Shown in pieces: positions 39,690-55,139 of a stretch of DNA of 64,000 nucleotides. Source of the stretch: the human T2T-CHM13v2.0 reference genome, Homo sapiens; the NCBI RefSeq assembly GCF_009914755.1, contig NC_060939.1; one strand, written 5' to 3'. A model generated the notes under the pieces. It ran no database searches, was not told the DNA's origin, and saw only the letters and a list, made by a program, of their open reading frames with translations. A program made the translations under genes and the position numbers. Each line of letters starts with the position of its first letter. Position 1 is the stretch's first letter.

Positions 39690-41250
39690 TGACCTCAGGT
39701 GATCCACATGCCTTGACCTCCCAAAGTGCTGTGATTACAGGCCACCGTGCCTGGACATTACTTTTCCAGTTCTTTAAGATGTATCATCAGGTTATTTACT
39801 TGAAGTTTTTGTTATTTTTTGATGTAGGCACTTATAGCTATACATTTCCCTCTTAGTACTGCTTTTACTGTATCCCATAGGTTTTGGTATGTTATGTTTC
39901 CATTATCATTCTTTTCAATAAATTTTTCAATTTCCTTCTTAATTTTTGCATTGACCCACTGTCAGGAGCATATTGTTTAATTTCAATGTGTGTGTATATT
40001 TTCCAAAATTCCTGTTGTTATTGAGTTCTAGTTTTATTCCAATGTGGTCAGAGAAGCTGCTTGATATTATTTCAATTTTTTGAATGTTTTAAGACTTGTT
40101 TTGTGTTTTAACATACGGTCTATCCTTCAGAATGATCCATGTGCTGAGGAGAAGAATGTGTATTCTGCAGCCATTGGATGAAATGTTCTATAAATATCTA
40201 TTAGGTCCATTTTTTCTATAGTGCACATTAAGTCCAATGTTTCTTTGTTGATGTTCTGTCTCGGAGAAAAAGAGTCTAGGAGATCTGTCCAATGCTGAAA
40301 GTTGGGTGTTAAGGTGTCCAGCTATTATTGTATTCAGGTCTATCTCTCTCTTTTGCTCTAATAATATTTCCTTTTTTTAAATCTGAGTGCTTTAGTGTTG
40401 GGTGCATACATACTAATAATCATTATCTCCTCTTGCTGAATTGGCACCTTTATCATTATATAATGACCTTCTTTATCTATTCTTACAGTTTTTGTCTTGA
40501 AATCTATTTTGTCTGATGTAAGTATAGTGACTTGTTCTCTTTTGGTTTCCATTAGCATGGAATATCTTTTTCCATCCCTTTGTGTTAAGTCTATGTGCAT
40601 CTTTATAAGTTAAATGTGTCTCTTGTACACAAGAGATCATTGAGTCTTGTTTTTTTATCCATTCAGCCACTCTGTGTCTTTTGATTGGAGTGTTTAGTCC
40701 ATTTACATTCAATGTTATTGGTAAGTAGGGACTTACTCTTACCTTTGTTTTCTGGTTGTTTTGTGATCTTCTCTTCCTTTTTTCCTAACTTCCTGTCTTC
40801 CTTTTAGCGAAGGTAATTTTCTCTGGTGGTATGCTTTAATTTCTTGCTTTTTATGTCTCATGTATCAATTGTATGTTTTTCTATCTGAGGTTACTATGTG
40901 GCTTGCAAATACTGTCTTACAACTCATTATTTTAAGTTGATGACAACATTGATTGCATATACAAACACACAAAAAGAAAGTAATTTCCCTGCTTTTTAAC
41001 TTTTTGTTTCTCTTTGTCTCATTGTACTATCCATGTCTTGAAAAGTTGTAGTTAAGGCCAGGCATGGTGGTTCACACCTGTAATCCCAGCATTTTGGGAA
41101 GCCAAGGTGGGTGGATCACGAGGTCAGGAGTTCAAGACCAGCCTGGCCAAGATGGTGAAATCTCATCTCTACTAAAAATACAAAAATTAGCCACGTGTGG
41201 TGGTGGGTGCCTGTAATCTCAGCTACTTGGGAGGCTGAGGCAGAGAATAG

Positions 41251-41556
<306 letters not shown>

Positions 41557-41814
41557 TAGTAGAGACAGGTTTTCCCATGTTGACCTGCGTGGCCTTGCAC
41601 TCCTGACCTCAGGTTATCCACCCGCCTCCGCCTCCCAAAGTGCTGGTATTACAGCCATGAACCACCTAGCCTGGGTCATTAGTCTTTCTACTTAAGACAA
41701 GAGTAGTCTGCATACCACCATTACAATCTTGAAATCTATTTTGTCTGATATAAGTATAGCAACTCCTGTTCTCTTTTGGTTTCCATTAGCATGGAATATC
41801 TTTTTCCATCCCTT

Positions 41815-43210
41815 TGTGTCCGGAATTGGTGGGTTCTTGGTCTCACTGACTTCAAGAATGAAGCCACAGATCCTCGCAGTGAGTGTTACAGCTCTTAATG
41901 TGGCGCGTCTGGAGTTTGTTCCCTCTGATGTTCAGATGTGTTCGGAGTTTCTTCCTTTTGGTGGGTTCGTGGTCTCACTGGCTCAGGAGTGAAGCTGCAG
42001 ACCTTCACGGTGAGTGTTACAGCTCATAAAAGCAGTGTGGACCCAAACACCGAGCAGTAGCAAAATTTATCGCAAAGAGCAAAAAGAACAAACATCCACC
42101 ATGTGGAAAGGGACCCGAGCAGGTTGCCACTGCTGGCTCAGGCAGCCTGCTTTTATTCTCTTATCTGGCCCCACCCACACCCTGCTGATTGGTAGAGCCA
42201 AGTGGTCTGTTTTGACAGGGTGCTGATTGGTGCGTTTACAATCCCTGAGCTAGACACAAAGGTTCTCCACATCCCCACCAGATTAGCTAGATACAGAGTG
42301 TCGATTGGTGCATTCACAAACCCTGAGCTAGACACAGGGTGCTGATTGGTGTGTTTACAAACCTTGACTAGATACAGAGTGCCGACTGGTGTATTTACAA
42401 TCCCTGAGCTAGACATAAAGGTTCTCCAAGGCCCCACCAGAGTAGCTAGATACAGAGTGTGGATTGGTGCACTCACAAACCCTGAGCTAGACACAGGGTG
42501 CTGATTGGTGTATTTACAATCCCTGAGCTAGACATAAAGGTTCTGCACCTCCCCACCAGACTCAGGAGCCCAGCTGGCTTCACTCAGTGGATCCGGCCCA
42601 GGGGCTGCAGGTGGAGCTGCCTGCCAGTCCTGCGCCCTGCGCCCGCACTCCTCAGCTCTTGGGTGGTCGATGGGACTGGGCGCCATGGAGCAGGGGGCGG
42701 TGCTCATCAGGGAGGCTCGGGCGGCACAGGAGCCCACGGAGGGGGTGGGAGGCTCAGGCATGGCGAGCTGCAGGTCCCGAACCCTGCCCCGCGGGAAGGC
42801 AGCTAAGGCCCGGCGAGAAATCGAGCGCAGCGCCGGTGGGCTGGCACTGCTGGGGGACCCAGTACACCCTCCGCAGCCGCTGGCCCGAGTGCTAAGCCCC
42901 TCATTACCTGGGGTCGGCAGGGCCGGCTGGCTGCTTCGAGTGCGGGGCCCGCCAAACCCTCGCCCACCCGGAACTCCAGCTGGCCCGCAAGCGCCGCACG
43001 CAGCCCTGGTTCCCGCTCGCGCCTCTCCCTCCACACCTCCCTGCAAGCTGAGGGAGCCGGCTCCGGCCTTGGCCAGCCCAGAAAGGGGCTCCCACAGTGC
43101 AGCGGCAGGCTGAAGCGCTCCTCAAGTGCCGCCAAAGTGGGAGCCCAGGCAGAGGAGGCGCCGAGAGCGAGCAAGAGCTGTGAGGACTGCCAGCACGCTG
43201 TCACCTCTCA
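41815..43210 (-). mobile_element. Solo ERV9 LTR (LTR12C), 4-bp TSD CCTT
   Basis: Reverse complement begins TGAGAGGTGACAGCGTGCTGGCAGTCCTCACAGC and ends ACCAATTCCGGACACA; tandem CCAAT-containing units at 42185-42545. Confidence 0.93.
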
Positions 43211-43461
43211 CCTTTATGTTAAGTCTATGTGCATCTTTATAAGTTAAATGTGTCTCTTTGTTAAATGTGTCTCTGCTTTTTGTGTGTGTGCTTACTATTA
43301 CCAGTGAGTTCTGTACCTTCAGATGATTTCTTTTTCCTTTTTTTTTTTTTTTTTTTTTGAGACAGTCTCTGTCGCCCAGTCTGGAGTGCAGTGGTGCGAT
43401 CTCGGCTCACTGCAACCTTCAACTCCTGGGTTCAAGTGATTCTCCTACCTTAACCTCCTGA

Positions 43462-43671
<210 letters not shown>

Positions 43672-44092
43672 TCAGATTGAGGAGCGCCCTTTAGTATTTC
43701 TTGTAGGACAGGTCTGGTGTTGATGAAATCCCCCAGCTTTTGTTTGCCTGGGAAGGTCTTTCTTTCTTTTCAATGGAAACCTTACAAGCAAGGAAAGAAT
43801 GGGATGACAAGGAACACTTTAAATATGTCATGCCATTCTCTCCTTGCCTGTAAGGTTTCCACTGAAAAGTCTGCCGCCAGACGTATTGGAGCTCCCTTGT
43901 GTGGTATTTTTTTTTTTTTTTTCTGTTGCCGCTTTTAGGGCCCTCTCTTTAACCTTGACCTTTGGGAGTTTGATTATTAGTAGTAGTCTTATTTGGGTTA
44001 AATCTGCTCGGTGTTCTATAACCTTCTTGTAGTTGAATATTGATTTTTTTTTCTAGGTTTGGAACGTTCTCTGATATTCTCTCTTCCTTTGA

Positions 44093-44308
<216 letters not shown>

Positions 44309-44963
44309 TAGTCAGGATGGTCTCAATCTCCTGACCTCGTGATCTGCCCGCCTCGGCTTCCCAAAGTGCTGGGATTACAGGCGTGAGCCACCGCACCCGG
44401 CCATATTTTTGTTTTCTTTTACATTTTTTAGATGGCTTATTCTGAAAAATTTTCTATCTTTATCTCTTTCTCTACCTCCTCTTTCAGGCCAATAACTCTT
44501 AGATTTTCCCCTTTTGAGGTTATTTTGTAGATCCTGTGTGCTTCATTTTTTATTCTTCTTTTGTCTTTTGTCTTGAATTTGAGTTTTCTCAAAACAGCTA
44601 TTTTGAATTTTCTGTCTAAAAGGTCAGAGATATCTCTGTTCCTCCAGGATTGGCCCTTGGTGCCTTGTTTAGTTTGTTTGGTGAGGTCATATTTTTCTGA
44701 ATGGAAATGATGCTTGTAGATATTTGTCAGTGTCTGGGCATTGAAGAGTTAGGTATTTATTGTAGTCTTCACAGTCTGGCTTTGGGACTTGGGCCCGAAG
44801 CCCAATGAGGCTGTGGTTTTTGCAGACTCAGAAGTACTGCCTTAGTAGTCTTGGCTAAGATCTGGAAAAATACTCTAGATTACCAGGCAGAGAATCTTGT
44901 TCTTCCCTTACTTCTCCCAAACAAATGAAGTCTCTTTCTCTCTCTGTCCTGAGCCACCTGTAG

Positions 44964-45249
<286 letters not shown>

Positions 45250-46939
45250 TAGCCAGGATGGTCTTGATTTCCTGACCTAGTGATCCGCCCACCTTGGCCT
45301 CCCAAAGTGCTAGGATTACAGGCATGAGCCATCGCGCCCCGCCTGATTTTTTTTTTTAATTTATTTTTATTTATTTATTTTTTTTTGAGATGGAGTCTCG
45401 CTCAGTCGCCCAGGGTGGAGTGCAGTGGCATGATCTTGGCTCATTGCAACCTCCGTTTCCCGGGTTCAAGCAATTCTCTGCCTCAGCTTCCTGAGTAGCT
45501 GGGATTACAGGCAACCGCCACCATGCTTAGCTAATTTGTTTGTATTTTTATTAGAGATGAGGTTTCACCATATTGGCCAGGCTGGTCTCGAACTCCTGAC
45601 CTCAAGTGATCGGCCCGCCTTGGCTTCCCAAAGTGTTGGGATTACAGGCGTGAACCACCATGCCCGGTCAGCACTGGGTCTTGCCCAAGACCTTTCCCTT
45701 CAGGGCAGCAAGTTCCACCAGGTCCCAAGTGTGTCCAGAGATGTTGTCTGGGAGCCAGGGATTACAGTAAAAAATTTTAGCAGTTGCCCTGATGTTCTAT
45801 TCTACACAGCTAAGCTAGCCCACCTCTAAGCCCAGCCTCACACTAGGAATTGCCTAGGAATTGCAGTCCTTGTGTCCTAGACTGCCTCTCAAGTTTATCT
45901 AGGACCCCAGAGAAACTCAAGTTGCAACCACTGAGATGGGCAATTTCCCTCTGGCTAGGGCTGGTCCAAATGTTTTTTGCATGCATGGGTGCTCAGCTCA
46001 TGGCTTTATTCTCTTCTCTGACAGGGCAGCACTGAGTTCAATGTAAAGTACCCCAGTCACTGTGCAAAGTGCAGAGATTCTCCCTACACCACATGGGTGC
46101 TGCCAGGGGATGGGGGAGGGGTGGCATTGGTGATTCAAGACTGCCCTCCTCAATGCCTTTTTAGTGATATGAAGTTAAAACCATGTACTATGATTGCTCA
46201 ACTGATTTTTTGGTTCTTGTTATGGTGCTTTTCTGTGTGTCGATAATTATTAAAATGTGGTGTTCCAAAAGCAGGGACAGAGTGTAGCCTTCTGTTCTGC
46301 CATCTTGCTCTGCCTCTTCACTAATGAGTTTTGTACGTTCAGATGATTTCTTGCTCATCAACATTCTTTTCTTTCAGAATAAATATTCTTTAGGATTTCT
46401 CATAAGATAGGTCTGGTGTTGATAAAATCCCTCAGCTTTTGCTTGTCTAGGAAAGTCTTTATTTCTCCTTCATGTTTGGATATACTATCCTGGGATAAAA
46501 GTTTCTTTCTTCAGCACTTTGAATATGTCATACCATTCTTTCCTTGCTTGTAAGGTTTCCACTGATAAGTCTGCTGCCAGAAGTATTAGAGCTCCTTTGT
46601 ATGTTATTTGTTACTTTTCTCTTGCTGCTTTTAGGACTCTTTCTTTATCTCCGACCTTTAGGAATTTCATTATTAAATGACTTGAGGTAGTCTTATTTGG
46701 GTTAAATTTGCTTGATGTTCTATAACCTTCTTGTACTTGAACATTGATATCTGTCTCTAAGTTTGAGAAATGCTCTGATATAATCCCTCTAAATAAACTT
46801 TCCACCCCTATTTATCTCTCTACCTCCCTTTTAAGGCCAGTAACTCTTAGACTTCCCCTTTTGAGGCTATTTTCTAGATTCTGTAGTGTGCTTCATTGGT
46901 TTTTACTCTTTTCTCTTTTGTCTCCTGTGACTGTGTTTG

Positions 46940-47130
46940 TTCGTTCCTTCCTTTCTTCCTTCCTTCCCTCCCTCCTTTCTCTTTTCTTTTTTTCTTTCCT
47001 TTCTTTCTTCCTCTTTTTTTTTATTCTTTTCTCTCTTTCTTTCTTCCTCTTTCTTTTTCTTTCTCTTCTTTTTTTGTCTCTCTGTCTTTCTCTTTCTTTC
47101 TTTCATCTTTTTTTTTTTTTTTTTTTTTTT
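46940..47130 (+). repeat. ~190-bp polypyrimidine (TTCC/TTTC/T) low-complexity tract
   Basis: Read directly; expanded tail of an antisense Alu. Confidence 0.92.
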
Positions 47131-47249
47131 GAGACAAGAGTTTCACTCTTGTTGCCCAGGCTGGAGTGCAATGGCACCATCTTGGCTCACCACAACCTCT
47201 GCCTCCTGGGTTCAAGCAATTCTCCTGCCTCAGCCTCCTGAGTAGCTGA

Positions 47250-47764
<515 letters not shown>

Positions 47765-47796
47765 TGATCAATTCTGCTGTTAAAATACTCTGATGC

Positions 47797-49943
47797 GCTC
47801 TCGCTCTCCCTCTCCCTCTCCCCACGGTTTCCCTCTCCCTCTCTTTCCACGGTCTCCCTCTGATGCTGAGCCAAAGCTGGACTGTACTGCTGCCATCTCG
47901 GCTCACTGCAACCTCCCTGCCTGATTCTCCTGCCTCAGCCTGCCGAGTACCTGGGATTGCAGGCGCCGCCACGCCTGACTGGTTTTCGTATTTTTTTGGT
48001 GGAGAAGGGTTTTCGCTGTGTTGGCTGGGCTGGTCTCCAGCTCCTAACCGCGAGTGATCCGCCAGCCTCGGCCTCCCGAGGTGCCGGGATGGCAGACGGA
48101 GTTGCGTTCACTCAGTGCTCAATGGTGCCCAGGCTGGAGTGCAGTGGCGTGATCTCGGCTCGCTACAACCTCCACCTCCCAGCTGCCTGCCTTGGCCCCC
48201 CAAAGTGCCGAGATTGCAGCCTCTGCCCGGCCGCCACCCCGTCTGGGAAATGAGGAGCGTCTCTGCCGGGCCACCCATCGTCTGGGATGTGAGGAGCCTC
48301 TCTGCCTGGCTGCCCAGTCTGGAAAGTGAGGAGCATCTCTGCCCGGCCGCCATCCCATCTAGGAAGTGAGGAGCATCTCTGCCAGGCCGCCCATCATCTG
48401 AGATGTGGGGAGCGCCTCTGCCCTGCCGCCCCGTCTGGGATGTGAGGAGCGTCTCTGCCCGGCCACCCCGTCTGAGAAGTGAGGAGACCCTCTGCCTGGC
48501 AACCGCCCCGTCTGAGAAGTGAGGAGCCCCTCAGCCCGGCAGCCACACCGTCTGAGAAGTGAGGAGCCCCTTTGCCCGGCAGCCACCCCGTCTGGGAAGT
48601 GAGGAGCGTCTCCGCCCGGCAGCCACCCCGTCCGGGAGGGAGGTGGGGGTCAGCCCCCCACCCGGCCAGCCGCCCCGTCCGGGAGGGAGGTGGGGGGGTC
48701 AGCCCCCCGCCCGGCCAGCCGCCCCGTCCGGGGGGTGAGGGGCGCCTCTGCCCGGCCGCCCCTACTGGGAAGTGAGGAGCCCCTCTGCCCGGCCAGCCGC
48801 CCCGTCCAGGAAGGAGGTGGGGGGGTCAGCCCCCCGCCCGGCCAGCCGCCCCGTCCGGGAGGTGAGGGGCGCCTCTGCCCGGCCGCCCCTACTGGGAAGA
48901 GAGGAGCCCCTCTGCCCGGCCAGCCGCCCCGTCCGGGAGGGAGGTGGGGGGGTCAGCCCCCCGCCCGGCCAGCCGCCCCGTCCGGGAGGGAGGTGGGGGG
49001 GTCAGCCCCCCGCCCGGCCAGCCGCCCCGTCCGGGAGGGAGGTGGGGTGGTCAGCCCCCCGCCCGGCCAGCCGCCCCGTCCGGGAGGGAGGTGGGGGGGT
49101 CAGCCCCCCGCCCGGCCAGCCGCCCCGTCCGGGAGGTGAGGGGCGCCTCTGCCCGGCCGCCCCTACTGGGAAGTGAGGAGCCCCTCTGCCCGGCCAGCCG
49201 CCCCGTCCGGGAGGGAGGTGGGGGGGTCGGCCCCCCGCCCGGCCAGCCGCCCCGTCCGGGAGGTCAGGGGCGCCTCTGCCCGGCCGCCCCTACTGGGAAG
49301 TGAGGAGCCCCTCTGCCCCGCCAGCCGCCCCGTCCGGGAGGGAGGTGGGGGGGTCGGCCCCCCGCCCGGCCAGCCGCCCCGTCCGGGAGGTGAGGGGCGC
49401 CTCTGCCCGGCCACCACCCCGTCTGGGAGGTGTACTCAACAGCTCATTGAGAACGGGCCATGATGACAATGGCAGTTTTGTGGAATAGAAAATGGGGAAA
49501 GGTGGAGAAAAGATTGAGAAATCGGATGGTTGCTGTGTCTGTGTAGGAAGAGGTAGACATGGGAGACTTTTCATTTTGTTCTGTACTAAGAAAAATTCTT
49601 CTGCCTTGGGATCCTGTTGATCTGTGACCTTGCCCCCAACCCTGTGCTCTCTGAAACATGTGCTGTGTCCACTCAGGGTTGAATGGATTAAGGGCGGTGC
49701 AAGATGTGCTTTGTTAAACAGATGCTTGAAGGCAGCATGCTCGTTAAGAGTCATCACCACTCCCTAATCTCAAGTACCCAGGGACACAAACACTGCGGAA
49801 GGCCGCAGGGTCCTCTGCCTAGGAAAACCAGAGACCTTTGTTCACTTGTTTATCTGCTGACCTTCCCTCCACTATTGTCCTGTGACCCTGCCAAATCCCC
49901 CTCTGCGAGAAACACCCAAGAATGATTAAAAAAAAAAAAAAAA
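47797..49943 (+). mobile_element. Full-length SVA retrotransposon (SVA_D-like), 15-bp TSD aaaatactctgatgc
   Basis: Short CCCTCT hexamer head, Alu-like domain, GC-rich VNTR (~48220-49430), SINE-R and poly-A. TSD copies at 47782-47796 and 49940-49954. Confidence 0.95.
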
Positions 49944-51722
49944 TACTCTGATGCATTCTTAAGTACATCAACTACATTTTTCAGCTCCAGTATTTCTGGT
50001 TGACTCTTAAATTATTTCAATTTCTTTGTTAAATGTATCTGATAGGATTCTGAATTCCTTCTCAGTGTTATCTTGAATTTTACTGAGCTTTCTCAAAAGA
50101 GCTATTTTGAATTCTCTGTCTAAAAAGTCATATATCTCTGTTTCTCCAGGATTAGTTCTTGGTGCCTTATTTAGTTTGTTTGGTGAGGTCATGTTTTCCT
50201 GGATGGAACTGATGTTTATGGATGTTTGTCAGTGTTTGGGCATTGAAGAGTTAGATATTTATTGTAGTCTTCACAGTCTGGGCTTGTTTGTACCTGTCCT
50301 TCTTGGGAAGGCTTTTCAAGTATTCTGAGGGACTTGTGTGTTATGATCTAAGTCTTTGATCACTGTAGCTGTATCTGTATTAAGGGGCACCCCAAGCTCA
50401 GTAATGCTGTGGCTCTTGCAGACTATTAGAGATACCAACTTGGTGGTCTTGGGTAAGATCTGGGAGAATTCCCTGGATTACCAGGCAGAGACTCTTGTTC
50501 TCTTCCCTCACTTTCCCCCAAACGTCTCTCCGTGCTGAGTTGCCGAGGTCTGGGGAAGGGGTGACACAATCACTGCTATGACCACCACTACTGAGACTGC
50601 ACTGGGTCACCCAATGCCCATGGTGACCACTGCTTGGCTACTGCCTATGTTCACTTAAGGTCCAAGGGTGCTACAATCAGCAGGTGGTGAATCCAGCTAG
50701 TCTTATGTCCTTTCCTTCAAGGCAGTGAGTTCCCCTTGGCCTCGGGTGGGTCCAGAGATGCCATCAAGGAGCCAGGGCCTCAAGTCAGGAACCTTAGGAC
50801 TCTACCTGGTACTGTATTGTACTGCAGCTAAGCTGGCACCTATGTTGTAAGATGAAGTTCTTCCCACTCTTCCCTCCTCTTTCCTCAAGTAGAAGAGTCT
50901 CTCCCCATGACCACTACTGCCTCAGTCCCAGGGCAAGTAGCCTGGCTACCACCAAAGTTCACTCAAGGCCCAAGCGCTCTTCAGTCAGGTCATGGTGAAT
51001 GCTGCCATGCCTGGTTCTCTCCCTTTAGGGCAATGGATTCCCTTCTGGCCCAGAGCAGTTCCAGAAATGCTTTGCAGGAGGCAAGGCCTGGAAATGGGGA
51101 CCCTGGAAGCCTGCTTGTTGCTCTACTACACTGTGACTGAGCTGGTACCCAAGGTGCAAGACAAAGTCCCCTTTATTCTTCCCTCTCCTTTCCTCAAGCA
51201 GGAGTCCCTACCCATAGCCACCACAGCTGGGAATGTGCTGGGTCACATCTGAAGCCAGCGTGGCTCTGAGTCTTACCCAAGGCCTGCCGTGAGTACTGCC
51301 TGACTATTCAGGTCCCAATGGCTCTTTAGTAAGCAAGTGATGAATCCTGCCAGGACTGGGTCCTTCTCTTCAAGGCAGCAGGCTCCCTTCTAGCCCAGGA
51401 TGTGTCTAGAAATGTCATCCAGCAGCAAGGGCCTGGAATGAAGCCTCAGGACTTTGCCTGGTGCCCGATTCTATGGTAGTTGAGCTGGTATCCAAGATGC
51501 AAGACAAAGTTCTCTTTACTCTTCCCTCCTCTCCTCAATCAGGAGGAAGGAGTCTCTCCTAGAGCTGTGAGCTGCACTGCCTGGGGTTCTGGGAGGGGTG
51601 ATGCAAGTACTCCCTTGGCCACCCCAGCTGGTATCTCACTAGGTTGTGTGCACCCCAAAGTCCGCTGGCTCTGAGCCTAGCATGGCACAAGGACTTGCCC
51701 AGGAATTGCGGTCCCTGTGGCC

Positions 51723-52735
51723 TGTCGGGGGAAATTCAGCCAGATATCAGGAGAAATTCACCCCCAATATTTCATGTAGGTTCTTTTCTATTTTCCCTAA
51801 GTGTTGGCCGGTTTGAGAAATAAAGGGACAGAGTACAAAAGAGAGAAATTTTAAAGCTGGGTGTCCAGGGCAGACATCACATGTTGGCAGGTTCTGTGAT
51901 GCCCCCTGAGCCATAAAACCAGCAAATTTTTTATTAGTGATTTTCAAAAGGGGAGGGAGTGTACAAATAGGGTATGGGTCACAGAGATCCCATGCTTCAC
52001 AAGGTAATAAGATATCACAAGGTAAATGGAGGCAGGGCGAGATCACAGGACCACAGGACTGGGGTGAAATTAAAATTGCTAATGAAGTTTCGGGCATGCA
52101 TTGTCATTGATAACATCTTATCAGGAGACAGGGTTTGAGAGCAGACAACTGGTCTGACCAAAATTTATTAGGCAGGAATTTCCTCGTCCTAATAAGCCTG
52201 GGAGCACTCTGGGAAACTGGGGCTTATTTCATCCCCACAGCTGCGACCATAAAAGACAGCTGCCCTGAAGCAGCCATTTCAGAGGCCTACCCTCAGGGAT
52301 GCATTCTCTTTCTCAGGGATGTTCCTTGCTGAGAAAAAGAATTCAGTGATATTTCTCCCATTTGCTTTTGAAAGAAGAGAAATATGGCTCTGTTCCGTCC
52401 AGCTCACCGGCAGTCAGAGTTTAAGGTTATCTCTCTTGTTCCGTGAACATCACTGTTATCCTGTTCTTTTTTCAAGGTGCCCAGATTTCATATTGTTCAA
52501 ACACAAATGCTCTACAATTTGTGCAGTTAACACAATCATCACAGGGTCCTGAGGCGACATACATCCTCCTCAGTTTACGAAGATGACGGGATTAAGAGAT
52601 TAAAGTAAAGACAGGCATAGGAAATCACAAGGGTATTGATTGGGGAACTAATAAATGTCCATGAAATCTTCACAATTTATGTTCTTCTGCCATGGCTTCA
52701 GCTGGTCCCTCCGGGGTCCCTGACTTCCCGCAACA
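51723..52735 (-). mobile_element. MER11-family LTR (3' LTR of a HERV-K HML-8-type provirus)
   Basis: Reverse complement begins TGTTGCGGGAAGTCAGGGACCCC and ends ...CCCCGACA; preceded by the polypurine tract AAAAGAAAGGGAGAGA. Confidence 0.88.
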
Positions 52736-52750
52736 TCTCTCCCTTTCTTT

Positions 52751-53954
52751 TTATAATAAATGTGCCATGGCAATGAAGGCTTGTTCGTTCTCTTGATTTT
52801 GACGCAGGATTCTTTGACTAGTCTGGCAAACTAAAAACAAGCCGATTAAACAGAGAAACATAATTCCAAAATTTACTACAGTGGAGCCCCCAATAGACTT
52901 AATCCAAGTCCTGGGGTTTAATCCAGAAAGATTTTCTGCCACCTGATCTAACGCCTCAGCTCCAGGCACAATGGATAAGTGAGCTTGAGAGGCTTCAAAA
53001 ATTTGTCTCTTTAATTTAGTTATGTCCAATGATAAATTATCTTCCCTACCCAGAAGATGTCTTTTGACCATTTCCCATGAATGATCAGTCTCGTTATAGG
53101 AATACGGGGTGATGCAGAAATCTCAAGTGTTCCAATCGTACTGCATTTGCATGTGATGCTCGAGACTCACTACCTGATCTCCAAGCCAAATAACAGACTG
53201 TCTTAAATCACTAATTTGATTTGCCAATTTTCGATCGATGCCTTGTTGAGAATTCCACATTTGGATGGAATTGGCTTGCCAACCATTAACAAAATGAGCC
53301 GCTTGAATGGACTGGTGTAATGCCATTCCGGCAGTGGTGGCCACTGCAGTGACTGTAATTAGGCCCATGATAACAGCAATTAAAGTGAAAATAAATCTCT
53401 TAGATCTTTTTAGAATTCACTGTAACACTTCATTAATTAAATGTATTGAAGGGGAGGATTCCCAAGGTCTGGGCAAAGTTACCGGAATCCAGATTCCTTC
53501 TTGAGCTCGAACCAACATTACACTTTTCCTGGAATCAAAATGGGAGTTAATACAAGTGTATAAATGACAATTAATGCATTGGACAGTTTGATTGTTCATC
53601 CAAATTTTGATATATCTCACTAACAGCATGCAAGGAGGCTTAACAGAACTCTGTATGGAAACAGGTTGGAGGTAGGTAAAGCAGAATGTCTGGATCTACG
53701 TTGATACTGAGAGAGGGAGATGGTAGTGGGGACAACAGACAGAATAGTTTCTGCTTCCCATACTTGCAGTCCAGACATGGCAATAGCCAATTTCCAAAGT
53801 TCTGGGTGTTCTGGGTCAGAATGGGGAGTATCATATGAGGCCTCGGAGAGGGGGTAATGCCTTTATCTTCCCATTTTAAGGAAAAGAATGAGCTTAACCT
53901 CCGATGCAAAGTAGTATGATGATTCTCGTTCTCCTGATAAGAAATAAAATAAGT
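52751..53954 (-). pseudogene. Betaretroviral env remnant (SU C-terminal part plus TM)
   Basis: GIWIPVTLPRPWESSP, fusion peptide [38 protein letters not shown]; several stops and frameshifts. Confidence 0.9.
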
Positions 53955-54049
53955 GCTGGGATTACAGGCATGAGCCACCACACCCAGCCCAAATGGTTGT
54001 AATTTTAAACATTACTTATAGAAATTCTAAAATCTGTCAAACAGATTTA

Positions 54050-54343
<294 letters not shown>

Positions 54344-54424
54344 TCAAAGAAAAAAATGAAATAAATAAAATTACAAACACTTGAACTTACAGTTGCACAA
54401 AACTGTTGAATTTTATGTGTTGCA

Positions 54425-54910
54425 AGAAGGCAGAGCAAGATGGCTTAATAGAATCCTCCAGCAGTCATCCCTCCGACAGAAATATCAAACTGAACAACTA
54501 CATTAAAAAAGCACCTTCATAAGAACCAATAATCAGGTGAGTGATCGCAGTACCTGGTTTATTATCATATTAAGGAAACAGGCACTGAAGAGGGTAAGAA
54601 ATAGTCTTGAATTGTCAACATCATCCCTCTTCATCCCCTGGCAGTGGCCAATTGGTGTAAAGAGAGAATGGGTGCTCCTGGGGGAGGAAGAATACAATGA
54701 TTGTGAGACTCTGCATTTGAACTCAGTGCAGCCCTGGCACAGCAGAAAGCCACACAGGGCAGAACTCAGCCAGTAACCCAGAGGGAACATTAGATCAACC
54801 CTAGCCAGAGGGGAACTGTCCATTCCAGCAGCTGGAACCCGAGTTCTGGCAAGCCCCACAGGCTAAAGTGCTTTGGAGGCCTAGGTAAACTGAAAGGCAG
54901 TGTAGGCCAC
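54425..54910 (+). mobile_element. L1M 5'UTR start, inverted relative to the rest of its element
   Basis: Starts GAAGGCAGAGCAAGATGGC; reverse-complement homology to 45845-46317. Confidence 0.8.
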
Positions 54911-55139
54911 TGTTGCGAGAAGTCAGGGACCCCATACTTTGCATATAAACCTGCAGGAAAACCATGCCCTAAAAATTTTGAGGGCCCATGTAAAACTTTA
55001 ATTTGGGAAGACTATGTTAACTCACATGCAGTAATCTTAAAAAATGACTCATATGGTTTAGTAATAGACTGGGCGCCAAAGGGCTATTTAAAAAACAATT
55101 GCTCCTCTGGTGGAAGGGAATGCCTGGAGGCTACTTATT
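54911..55139 (+). mobile_element. 23-bp MER11 5'-LTR stub fused to an inverted internal env fragment
   Basis: TGTTGCGAGAAGTCAGGGACCCC, then a + strand frame reading PYFAYKPAGKPCPKNFEGPCKTLIWEDYVNSHAVILKNDSYGLVIDWAPKGYLKNNCSSGGRECLEATY. Confidence 0.85.

Noticed and set aside
42185-42545. Regularly spaced ~40-80-bp repeats resembling a CRISPR array
   Set aside because: They are the known tandem enhancer repeats of LTR12C; there are no unique spacers or cas genes, and this is eukaryotic DNA.
48572-49760. Long Pro/Gly/Arg-rich ORFs
   Set aside because: Stop-poor SVA VNTR sequence.
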